Source of the DNA: Lingula anatina
Lineage: Eukaryota > Animalia > Brachiopoda
Assembly: GCA_051362555.1 (NCBI GenBank)
Contig: CM120644.1
Coordinates: 938,954 to 1,002,953, forward strand
Direction: 5' to 3'
DNA length: 64,000 nucleotides
Of this stretch, positions 12,947 to 40,824 are shown piece by piece. Both the position numbers and the translations under genes were made by a program. Position 1 is the first letter of the stretch. Every line of letters starts with the position of its first letter. The notes beneath the pieces are model-generated. The model was given only the letters and a program-made list of their open reading frames with translations, was not told where the DNA came from and searched no databases.

Positions 12947-15900
12947 ATCCATTTTAGAGCTGTGCTCAGTGATTAAATATTTGGCACGAACGACTTGCAC
13001 CCATTGGCAGACATGTTTCAAAATAAACAATTCATTCCAAGAGAAACAAAGAAGATGATAAACCAAAAGGCTAAGAGCTGAAATGCGGAAAACATCTAGA
13101 ATGTCAGACCTAGCTAAAAGAGCACCAGGGCCGAAATGTTGGACATGGGCGATAATCGTATAATATATTGAGTTGTACAGAAAATACTCTGGGTATATTA
13201 GAATTAACCGAGTCCAGGTGGGGATAAGAAAGGTCGCGAATAACACGGAAATTATAAGGTTCAGATTTAGTAATAATGGGTAATGGTGAACAATTAAAAT
13301 ATGGAAGAGGGAGATAAAATTTGGCCAGCAATCCGCCCAGAGGATAAACCTGATTAATATAATCCAAAATCGCTTCAGGATGAGTACGGGCTGAGAAATG
13401 ATTATGAAATGCGTGAATGCTAGGAGTGGTGGTGCAATGAAGGCAGGAACCCTTGGAAATATATTGATGAGAAAATCACCTGATGAGGATCCTAACCTTA
13501 AGTACCAATTGTAACAGGGAATGGGTAATTGGAGTTGTTAGACAATGTTGTAGGCGGGGTCTGTAACTGGGCGTGGGATGTGGGGCAATCGATTTTAGGA
13601 TGGGATCCCAGTACTGGCAACAGTGCTAAATTAGCATAGACTAAAGGTGTATTACTCCCTTTTATAAAAAGCAAAAAAAAAAAAGATGCCTAGACAAAAG
13701 GGACGTAAAAAAGGGGGGGGGGGGTATTCATGGTTGCCACTTTTAACGGTAACACGGGGATAACTTATCCCACGGGACCAGTAGTGTTGGTCGTAAGTTG
13801 CAAAAGGCGTCATCATAAAGACGCCAATCATTAGCATAAGGAGCTTTTTAATGTTCTAATAGATAAGCCGTACGTAAGTAAGTTTACAGAATCAAATCAT
13901 TCAGTCCAAAGGTAAAGGGAAATCAGCGATTTTTACGAGGGCAAGTGGATCACTTCCAAATTCATCGGCTGGACCCGTGTGTTTACAGTGTCGAGAGTCT
14001 GCTGATACTGGGTACAGGGTATCTGCTGCTGAACGTTAGTCTCTTGCAGGGAGGAGTCGGGAGAAGGAGAAGCGCACGGCATTACTGTGCCGGTGTGACT
14101 CGGCTTCTTTCCACCAGGAGCAGTGGATGCAGGAGCCAATCGTCGTTTGCTGGATAATGAGCGCGCATTGGAGACAACCGACATCCTGGACCGCTTACGG
14201 TACTCCACCCGGGAGGGGTCTTGGAAGGCATGGTAACATAAAAACAAAGGAAACTAAGAAGACCGAAGGCAGTTGCATTTATATATAAGACAATTCAGTA
14301 ATAAAAATTTCCCGGGCCAGGTAATTCAAGTAAGTAAACGGAATAAGTAATATGAATAAAATATACACTTGTACAGAGAACATATAAACCCGGCATAAAC
14401 CCAACGAATAGCCTGGGTAGATATGGCATGAGCCATATAGATATAATAAGTGCAAAAAATTAAACATCTCCTAGTCCGCCGCCAGAGAAAATCCATGCAG
14501 GCAACAGCCTCAGCTTAGCCGTGCACGTAAAAACAGGGATATCTGGAAAACCGACCAGGCAACGAACATATAGCTGGGTGACTCCCCAGAATAGGGGCAT
14601 AACAGCTCCCAAAAAATTAAAACCTAGTATACCAGATACCACCAAAGGGCTCTCACTACTAGGCAAACAGTTAAAAACCTGGGAATACACCCAGAACCTA
14701 GTATACCAGATACCACCAAAGGGCTCTCACTACTAGGCAAACAGTTAAAAACCTGGGAAATACACCCAGAACCTAGTATACCAGATACCACCAAAGGGCT
14801 CTCACTACTAGGCAAACAGTTAAAAACCTGGGAATACACCCAGAACCTAGTATACCAGATACCACAAAGGGCTCTCACTACTAGGCAAACAGTTAAAAAA
14901 CCTGGGAAATACACCCAGAACCTAGTATACCAGATACCACTACAGGGTTCTCACTACTAGGCAAACAGTTAAAAACCTGGGAAGTACACCCAGAACAAAG
15001 AGCATAAAAACTCCAAAAATGCATATCGCCTAGTCGACCAGAAACCCCCAATAATACTCCACCTGGTAATGCGGACACGGAGACAATCGGAAATAGGATA
15101 TGAATAGATTACGGCATGTCAATGACAGCCAGGAAATAGGAAATATGAAAACTGCAAAAACACCTGGCCCGATAGGAATATAAACATAAATGAAATAGAT
15201 GCACACAAAAGAAAAAAAAAAATCAAAAATAACATGATGAGTGACACCTAAACAAAATAGGTAACAAATGTAGTTGCATAACACAACAATTATAAATGTA
15301 TTGATAAGAACACGTGAAAAAAGGGGGGGAAATGAAAACAAATACTAGCCTGTGTGTGATCCAAAACTTGAAGTCATCCCGTAAAAGGAAACAGCCGTCG
15401 CCGAAACTTGAATATCAAATACTGGTGACTGGAGAAAAGTGAATATTGTCCAAATAAAATAAAGTCACCAAGTAACAAATAACCGTCAACAGCCGTCGCT
15501 GAATCTTGAATACCAAAACTGGTGGCTGGGGAAAACTGAATAATCCGAAGAAAATAGTCACCAAGTAACAAATAGTCGTCCCCAAATCTTGAAACCACAA
15601 AAGTGATGACCGGTAACCAGTGTACAAATAACAATAAAGAAACGTAAGTAATAATACAGTGTAGCTGCTAAAACTGCGGGTAAATATATCCGCAGCTACA
15701 AAGCTGAATGACTTCTCACTGAATGCAGCTCGATGGAATTAATCTCCAAAACATCTTTCATAGAATATACTTGTGTGTGCCTTGATACACAGCAGCTAAG
15801 ACATTCCTTAACCCTGGACATCTGTTAACACCTTGTCTTGGTCAACTACTTAAGGTCAAAACGTGCAGACACAAGACCCAAACAAAACGTTGATGTATTA

Positions 15901-15973
15901 CCAAAAAGTTAATAGCACCACTAAAACAAACCATTTGCTACATAAATACAATTAATTCTCTTAATTGTAGTTT
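9890..15973 (-). mobile_element. Ngaro-type DIRS (tyrosine-recombinase) retrotransposon, coding-decayed, with split direct repeats
   Basis: Repeat a = 15620-15973 = 11083-11436 (354 bp); repeat b = 11434-11719 = 9890-10175 (286 bp); minus-strand order a-internal-b-a-(spacer)-b. Minus-strand remnants: gag WRLYDDAF..PWD (about 13770-13830), RT CSPLPIITKSEPYNFRVIRDLSYP..SVN and GPGALLARSDI (13100-13300), ILDDFL (about 12865), PTTC..GVEIDS..VPQDKLEK and LNFAC..PGRAFLRR (12545-12750). No TSD; a TTT run is shared by both ends and the internal junction. Confidence 0.88.
14621..14997. repeat. Minisatellite, 5 x 74-75 bp, inside the Ngaro-like element
   Basis: Unit aacctagtataccagataccaccaaagggctctcactactaggcaaacagttaaaaacctgggaatacacccag starts at 14621, 14695, 14770, 14844 and 14919. 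Confidence 0.92.
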
Positions 15974-16007
15974 CTGTCATATAGATATATTCAACGTACA
16001 GCTACTT

Positions 16008-16038
<31 letters not shown>

Positions 16039-17002
16039 TTTTTTATTTATTTATGGAGCTGGGCCTTGCAGTATAAGCAACCCACGATATGCCCGTCGTA
16101 CGTGAGGGTAGGGATCAGAAAAACAAAGCAGCTCCTCTTGATGGTCCAGAGAGTCACCGATGTACAGGTAAGCTGTATACTGGATTCTGACCCGCTAAGG
16201 TCAGGCCAACCCAAACCATTATAACTAAATGGAGGGCAGACTTTGTATTACACGGGCCTTCAGTTTCGTTACACCGGGATGGGTCGGCTCCTCACGTGAC
16301 GCCCCTGATTAACGCCACCCCCGCTATCGGATTATAAGAGATGCAATGAGAAATCAACCTTTCATTAGTGGCGCCAAGGGCGGCAGGTAAAGTTCAGCAT
16401 TTTTGTGTGTTGATGGTTGATCAAATATTGCTATGTGTTGGATTGCAATGGGGGTGCTTCATGTGAAAGGGGATGGATTTGTTTTATTATTACAAACAAT
16501 TTTGTTTTTCCAAACATTGCTCTGTATTTTAATTTTTTTAAAATTCTTAGCCAAAAACGATTCTAAAACAGCGCTTTAATCTGGGAAACAGACAAACCAG
16601 TTTGTTTTGCAGCTGTACATTATGGCAAGGAATGCGCTCAGAATAGTATTATGTTTCTTTGGAAATCTCAGGGATCATTTACTGCAGATGCACAAGAGAA
16701 ATACATAAATTGTTTTTTATCTCAAATTCTGTTGAGTGAAGAAAATGGGTTATTGTGAGTTACCATCGTTTCCGTTTGCAACTTCAGTACAGTGTATGAT
16801 TCCCCATACACGTAAACACAACAAATCGTTCAACTTCGGGATATAAATACATGGAATTCACTCAGCTTTTTATAAAAAACAAAGTGTAAGGAAATCTTGC
16901 CTTCTTATCGTGTGCTCACAGGTGTTGCATGTATGACCCAATCCTGTTTCGATCATTCAGACACGCGCGACAACGAAACCGGTACCACAGCTAGCGTGTA
17001 GA

Positions 17003-17072
17003 ACTTTCGTTTCCCCATTCGGATACGGCCCAGGGACTTAGCGTGCATAGTGGAAATTCCCATTGATGACGT
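17003..17072. promoter_or_regulatory. Cluster of NF-kB, IRF-like and CRE-like motifs upstream of the cyt b561 copy B coding exons
   Basis: GGAAATTCCC 17052-17061 (reverse complement of the canonical GGGAATTTCC), actttcgtttcc 17003-17014, tgacgt near 17067. Motif match only. Confidence 0.3.
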
Positions 17073-18924
17073 TATGACTCGGTCACATGAATGTTAAATG
17101 AGAATAATTAAATTAGCTATGTCCTTTTCCCACTTTATAGCGAGTAACGCATAAGAGACGATTCAGGATCGCAGGAAGCTTTCCCAACTCTATGAGGTTA
17201 ACTGTACTCTTCCCTGATAATTTTTATATGTGTTTAATGTTGTATTTTCCAATATTTATGTTTTAAAATCAAAATACAATGCATATTCTAAGCGGAATAC
17301 GTGCTCATAAGATCGGGGCCATTTTGAAAATTTCATTTCGGAACAATCTACGCCAGTTACTTTTTATTTTAGGTTTATAATTATTTTTTTTTAGTTTTTA
17401 AGGCTGAAGTGAACGGTTAAATCATTCTGCATGACCCATAAAATAATTTGAAGAGTTTTGGTACGCGCACACACACACACACACACACACACATTAAAAG
17501 AGAGACGTAACAACAAAAATAACACAAAAACAACGAATACGGTTAATGCACATGAGAACATATAGCCAATATTTCGTTTTTAATGTAATGTCGAGTCTCA
17601 CGGCGGCTACCATTGTTTTCTCTTTGAAGGCAAGATTAAGAACAACCATCCCTGTGTTTCGTCCCGGTAAATTTATGTGCCACTACGCATAGTAATGGAC
17701 ATGGCCCCAGATTTCACTCGCGGCCAACTTTGAGGGTCAGCATCAGGTAGCTCTATTAATCAATTTAATTCATTCATATGCACGGCCATGAACAATAGCT
17801 ATTGACAGTAATTGTGAACTTGGAATTCAGATACACCGTACGCAATACATACATCTGTGCAAATTATGAAACGAGGGAGCTGCACGCGGAGAATCGTTGA
17901 ACCGAGCAGGGCAGAGCTATCTTCAGTGTAAACACGCCTTCTGTCTGCATTAGCATCGGCTACCCACGTGGCGTTTTAAAGTACCAGCATATATATGAGG
18001 GTAAGCTGGGTGAAACATGCTGAAAAAATAGATTGATTATAGTGGATGGCTTTTGAGTCAATGTTGAAATATATATTTTTAAATGAATAAAATGCACGTG
18101 GTCAGCAATTTCCCTGCATCTGATGCAGTCAGCTCTACTATTCGATGTTTATCACTAATCCGATTCATTTCATTTTATTAATAGGACCTTCAATAAATGT
18201 GGCCGTCATCGGCCAAATTTCGAACACCATATGTCTTATTACTTAAATCGGCTTAGATCAAGGAGACATAAACTGGGTAATGGTGTAAGTATTTGTGTTA
18301 GGTCATCACTCACAGGCGGTTCATCATTAGATTAACTGTCCTCTTCTCATGCTTACTGGGCCAATGGTGCATGCGTTGGTATTGTTTAAGGACCGAGTTG
18401 GTGTATGTGTGTGTGTGTGGGGGGGGGGGGGGGGGGAGGTATGTTCCTAGTCATGTTAGGTATATATAATTTAGTATATCCTCTTTAGGCAGGTCACTTG
18501 ATCGCGATGCTTAACCTCAGGAAGCCCGTTTATTTTTGCGCGTCTTTTTTCTTGGTTCTGAATGAGTCTGTTGAAAAATAGATTGATGACAGTATATCAG
18601 AAAAGAACTTGTACACATATATTTGGTACATGTTTTTTTTTTTTGTGATATATGCCATTCTAGGCGGCGGGTGATACAATGGAGAGATTACCTTGGCTTC
18701 TTAATTGTTATGGTGAGCTTCTCGTAATCAGGAGGTCTGTAGACATTGAACATACATGTAAAAAGAACGCCTGAGCTGAGAAATAAGAATATTTTACCCC
18801 TCTATATATTTTTATTAATAGTTTCTATATTTCTCGATGGACAATTAACTAAATTACAACCACCTCAAGCCTTGTTTACCTGCATCATTTCAGAGAAATC
18901 ATTCTCGGACCCACATCCGTCAGA

Positions 18925-21900
18925 ATGGACTACAGCCCAGAACTCAATTCCCGGCCGCCAGCGTCCTCGTTCATCTGTTTCTGGCTCGTCTTCACCTTGT
19001 CTCAAGTTCTGGGAGTGGCACTCGTAGTTATGCTGGGGTTGTGGCTTTACATATTCCAAAAGGGGTTCGCGTGGACGGAAAATCCCCGGTTAGAGATGAA
19101 CTTCCACTCCATCTTCTCGGTGATAGGGCTGATATTTCTGTATGGAGAGGGTAAGTCGCCATTTTTGTCAGTTTTGAGACACATTTAGCCCTTTGGTCGG
19201 AATAAAATCTCCTCGAATTAGAGGAAATCCAAAATGGCAACCAACAGGTGCAGTACAATTATGTTCGAGAAATATCCGTTTTGAGATCGTAAAATCCCTG
19301 AACCATGCCATCGGTGGTACAATTAGACGTCTTGTGTACATTTATGCTGTCTAAACATATAAGAATTAAAAACCTTTTAATTACCTACTGCTGAAATCAT
19401 TTGAATAATTATTCATTAATAATTCACGCAGCTATTTTGTAACGGTAATTTTGACTCTCATTATCACTGAATGATCATGAGGTTTTAAAACGATTGCTTT
19501 GCCATAGCACCGGAACCCGCCGTTGTATGGGAAACAATTGCAAGTTTACAAGATACTAGTTCACTATAAATTGGCAGTCTTAATGCCTTTGCAATAAATC
19601 ATGACTGTCCAACAGAGAGCTCATTCATGATCAATCATTGAATGGACTGAAAATAAAGTAAATTGGTGGACCATAATCGGCGATGCCTGCACCAGGCTTT
19701 ACATTTGAAGATGACGGCCCGGGTATTTCAGTCGTGCAATAGCGCACTGAAAATCAACCTGAATAATATTATGAATTCAACAAAACTGATCCTGTGTCTG
19801 TATCAACCCTCTATCCCAGGTATTCTGGTGTACAGGGTGTTCCGAAATCAAAAGAAGATCTACGTTAAAGTGCTCCATGCCTCCGTGCAGGCCATTGCCG
19901 TGATCTTCATCATAGTGGGGTTGAAGGCGGTCTTTGACTCCCACAACCTGGTCCAGTACAAGATTGCCAACCTGTACAGTATTCACAGCTGGCTGGGTCT
20001 AGCGACCATTATACTGTTTGGGTTACAGGTAAATACCGTGGTCTCTCTTACTCTCTCTCTTTCTCTCTCTCTCTCTCTCTGACGTTTGACATAACTTTAC
20101 ACACTTAAGAACTAGCAATTTCGATGGCCCCAGCGTTAAATCTCTTTTTTATTAATACTATTATCATTGTTCTGCTGGTAGTCGTAAGGGGGGGGGGGGG
20201 GTAGTGCTTACTGGGGGTAAGATTGCTTTGCTGGTGGATGGGTGGGTGTAGTCAAATAATAATTCCTTTTGAAATCAATACTCGTTTAACATTTTAAGTA
20301 TGTCACAATCAGTAAATAACAGGAGACCTCCTCGGTTAGCCTGATTCTTGAAAGTGAACCCTTTTGTTGTGTGTAGGGTGAAGTGCATTAATCTGTGGGG
20401 ACAAAACAGCTTGCATCTGAGACACTAAAGTTGCCATGTTTAATTGTATGGCATCAGCTACCATTTTGTTCACATCTGCTGGTGTAACTGACGCTACTGA
20501 TGCTAAAGAATTCCAAGTTGCAGATTCAGCCCTAACAGCTGTGTCAGTGAGGTCACTTAAAGATTGTGGATTTTCCAAAATCACAACCTGTTTAATGGCA
20601 GGGTTAAGCCCATTAATAACAGCATCAATGATTTGTGAATTATGTAAATCTAAATCACGACCTAAGGTAATGACTTTTGCTAGAAAATCTTGCACATTGT
20701 CTGTGCCTTGTGTTTGATTGTAAAATTGTGCTTTCTTTTCTCGTAATTCAGATTGGGATAGCCCATATCTATTTAAAAACAATGCTTTCAGATCATTAAA
20801 ACTATTTGCAGTTGATTCTAACGATTTATACCATAAACTTGCATTATCTTGCAGTAAAAACGGTAAATTGATCATTCTCTGCTGGTCAGAAAAATTTACA
20901 TAGTTGCAATACTGTTCATATTTGAGTATCCAGTCTCTTGCACGTTCGCCCCTTTTCCCTGAGAAAGGAATTGGGGTTAGGTGAGGAGGTACTGAGTACA
21001 TTACCACTGGCGCTGGCTGCATCAATTGGACCGGGGCCGCCTGTTGCTGCTGGTGCTGCTGCTGTGGTTGCTGCATGGCCGGCTGGAGCGGGGTGGCTGG
21101 CTGGTCCGTCTGGGGGGCCTGCTGTGGAGGCAGAGGGGCTGTCTGTTGGTGATCTGGGGATGTCTCTCCCTGCTGTGGAGGTTGAGGGTCTGCCTGCTGC
21201 TGCTGACCTGGGGACGTTTCGCTCTGCTGTGGAGGCGTCTGGGGCTCCAGGGTACCTGGAGCAGTGAGGGGGCTGCTGGGGATCACTCTGGAAGGTCCTG
21301 GTACTTCATGGGCTGGGTCTTCTGATGTATGTCTCCCCGAGGAGTCTCCCTGTCCTGACTGTGATCTAGTACCTGGTCGTCCTGGCACTAGGGTCTTAGA
21401 CATATCTCACAGGATTAGCCACAGGTCTCCACCAGTGTCACAATCAGTAAATAACAGGAGACCTCCTCGGTTAAGATCCTTTATTATTCTTCTGTCTGCT
21501 CCCCTAGCAGGCCAGTTCTTATACACTAACATGTATGAGTATTAATTATGTATGCTATTGTGTGCTGTGCTGGTACTGAAAAAGGCCTTGTCTACTTTGT
21601 CTAAACTATAACTAAGAGAACATTAATGTCATTGTAGTCAGGAGATATAGGATGTCAACTGTGTATAAGGACACATGTGGATATACATGCATAATTACTT
21701 TGGAACTGCATAATTAGTGCTTAATGAACTATTTTATGTGCTGTGGTCATGCACAACTTTGGAACTTCCTTGTAGAGTTGCCATTATCAAAATTACATGC
21801 ATGATAAGTATTTAAATGCTACGTTGCGTCCATGAACGAAAGACGAAGTTTTCACTGGGGTAAAAACTCTTTCAGTCACGTTAAAAGAGATATTTCATTT

Positions 21901-22740
21901 ATGCCATCATTTATGCCATCTTCTAACATGAGGCAGCGAAAACCAATATATCACTCTTTATTTTCAGTATATATTTGGCTTCGTGGCTTTTATGTATCCC
22001 AAGTTGGGCCAGAATGCCCGCGAGATGTTGATGCCTCTACATCGGTATTGGGGCGTTGCCGTTTATGGGTTAGCTATAGCCGCCTCACTTATGGGAATGG
22101 TAGAGAAAATTATATTTAGTGTGTAAGTAATTGATGGCTATCTACACTAGGTGTTGTAATGGCTTGTATATGCTGCTTTGTTGTTCGGGGTCTCGGAAGC
22201 CAAAATGTACGTTTGGTGAAAGCTCTATTAATCACAATTTGTAGGGCTACAGGTACCAGAAGCTGGAGTAGGACTACATTGAAAAATTGACTTTTGCAAA
22301 TATTTTGTAGTAGTTCTATAATGTCCATAAATAATATAAATGTGAAAGGAAGGAAAATATATGATACATGTACGTAAAAGCTAAACACAGAAATGTTGAT
22401 CTAAGGAAGTTAAAACACGTCATCAGTCACATCTTAAAATATAGTTTCCCACCTTGCAGTATATTTTGTGAAACATACGTTAAGTATAATGTCTGGGTGA
22501 CTGCTGGGCTGGAGATGGTCGGACTACTTGACGTCAATTATATTGTTTCAAAAAAGTTCAAGTCATGGCATTATTTCCCATTGTATTGTGTTGCACGTTT
22601 TCAGGAAAGACTACAGCAAAATGGGCGTAGAGACAATCCTGGTGAACCTCATTTGCTTGGTTATGGTGGCTGCAGGAATAAGTGTTGCGTATTTAGTCTG
22701 CAGGCCAGAGTACAAACGGACACCGCTGCCGGAAGAATAG
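18925..22740 (+). CDS. Cytochrome b561 family ascorbate-dependent ferric reductase (CYB561/Dcytb-like), copy B, 241 aa
   Basis: Exons 18925-19150, 19820-20028, 21968-22122, 22605-22740 (726 nt, phases 1/0/2 consistent, GT-AG). Four heme His (NFHS, VLHA, SIHSW, PLHR), family motifs GILVYRVFR and SIHSW, six hydrophobic segments. Confidence 0.93.
20301..21806 (-). mobile_element. Gypsy-type LTR retroelement, internally deleted (full 5' LTR, PBS, gag, 38-bp 3' LTR remnant), antisense in a cyt b561 intron
   Basis: 20301-20338 is identical to 21436-21473; LTR 21436-21806 with tgtca...tgata ends; 4-bp TSD agta (20297-20300 and 21807-21810); PBS TGGTGGAGA on minus just inside the LTR (tRNA-Ala-like); AATAAA on minus at 21480-21485. 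Confidence 0.87.
20336..21403 (-). CDS. Intact Gypsy gag-like capsid ORF, 355 aa, Pro/Gln-rich N-terminus, no zinc knuckle
   Basis: Uninterrupted ORF; PIPFSG..ARDWILKYE..LPFLLQDNASLWY..FNDLKALFLNRY..QTQGTDNVQDF..VINGLNP matches the retrotransposon Gag capsid pattern; the TAA stop comes from the LTR remnant. Confidence 0.85.
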   Translation of the reverse strand: MSKTLVPGRPGTRSQSGQGDSSGRHTSEDPAHEVPGPSRVIPSSPLTAPGTLEPQTPPQQSETSPGQQQQADPQPPQQGETSPDHQQTAPLPPQQAPQTDQPATPLQPAMQQPQQQHQQQQAAPVQLMQPAPVVMYSVPPHLTPIPFSGKRGERARDWILKYEQYCNYVNFSDQQRMINLPFLLQDNASLWYKSLESTANSFNDLKALFLNRYGLSQSELREKKAQFYNQTQGTDNVQDFLAKVITLGRDLDLHNSQIIDAVINGLNPAIKQVVILENPQSLSDLTDTAVRAESATWNSLASVASVTPADVNKMVADAIQLNMATLVSQMQAVLSPQINALHPTHNKRVHFQESG

Positions 22741-23095
22741 GCAGTGAACGAAAAGTAGACAGACGGAAAAAGACGATGGCATTCGGAACTCCTCGGCTTG
22801 TTCCGTTCCTCGGTAATGTTCGGAACTGGGGCTCGGTGGCTCGGCGTGGCGTGGCTCGAATATCGCGTGTTCGGAACTTAGTTCTGAGACTGTTCTATGA
22901 GTCTTTGAATATTAACATTGCTATAAGGGGAGATGGATTTATTTAAAATTAGACCTTTCTCTGTGTTTCTACAGGAAACAAATGTTGAGCACCAGTGTGT
23001 TTTTAGTAAAGTAAACGAAAATTGTTGAGCAAAGGGCAGGGGGAGAGAGAGAGAGAATACGCAACAATAAATGGAGACGGTATCAACGTCCTTAA

Positions 23096-23432
23096 AGGGA
23101 TAATAACTCTTTGTTTCGGCAAAAAAATGAATTTGCCTGGAGTAAACAACAATTTCCCCATACTTACCAATGGTTAATGAATCCATTTTTACATTAAAAA
23201 TTAGTCCCTGGTTTTTTTCTAAAAAGTTTGGTTTTTTGTTAAAATCTCTTAAGAGATTTTAACAGAGTATAGCCATCAATGGAGGTCACGTGGTCTAAAG
23301 ACAAGCTCAGATATCATAATAATAGCTATAACTGCCGTTTTTGTGGTAAAACAGAATATATTATTTTTCTATAAGTTATTCACAATGTTTTTATTGTGAA
23401 ATATAGATCTCATACGAGGAGTTATTATCCCT
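23096..23432. mobile_element. Kolobok-like MITE (TTAA TSD, AGGGATAATAAC TIR)
   Basis: ttaa|agggataataactc ... gagttattatccct|ttaa; reverse-orientation copy at 54417-54731 and a degenerate, interrupted copy at about 33535-34205. Confidence 0.8.
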
Positions 23433-24113
23433 TTAACATATTGCAACAGAAAAAAGGTACACAAATATATCACTGGTATGCATAGAGTTATTTAAGAAAA
23501 AACGCATTGGAACCATTTTGTGTTAACATTCGTCTTCGCATGCCTGTCTAATGTGCTGTTTGGTAAAGCGCGGCTTTCAGGTTTTACCTTTCCTTTTTAA
23601 ATCAAAACGGTTCTAAATGAAATATTTTAAAATGAAATGCATTTATTTATAAAAGCCCACAAAATGAAGCCACATTACACAGTAATCATACGAAGTCTGT
23701 TAAATTTCGGTTTGAAAAGTCTTTTGAGAAAAGCATGTTATCATCCCTAAATCTGACCAATAAAATCTGTCCCTTCACAGCAAATTACATTATTATCTCC
23801 AATATTCCCACTTTAAGCCATTTAAGCAATTTTATCGGGCATTTCTATGATTGTGTTTCATTAGATTTAATAAAACAGCTTTTTATTTCACTTAAAAGCA
23901 AAGTGAATCCGCCATAGTGTCGCCGAGTGCTACATGTAAAGGAATCTATAACGATAGAGGCAGGTTAGGGATCTCCCCAGTCTAGCTACAAGGATTATCC
24001 ACTCTGCAGTTCCATACAAGATTAGTTTGCTGTAAGTCCAATTAATCGGTCCAGTTCTTCGCCATTATGTCCTGGTGGGTGTTGCGACTTCAGTTCTGGG
24101 GTCAGTGCAGTCC

Positions 24114-40824
<16,711 letters not shown>

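Noticed and set aside
14460-15078. Repetitive ORFs (QVFNCLPSSESP...)
   Set aside because: Translations of the 74-75 bp minisatellite; the frame shifts between units.
9890-15973. Interpretation as an ordinary LTR element or Penelope
   Set aside because: Repeat order a-b-a-b, absence of TG..CA ends and TSD, and DIRS-type RT motifs favour Ngaro.
16054-16390. Hammerhead ribozyme or SINE next to the (TTTA)n tract
   Set aside because: No CTGANGA/GAAA core with pairing stems and no clear A/B boxes; may be a retroelement 3' fragment but unsupported.
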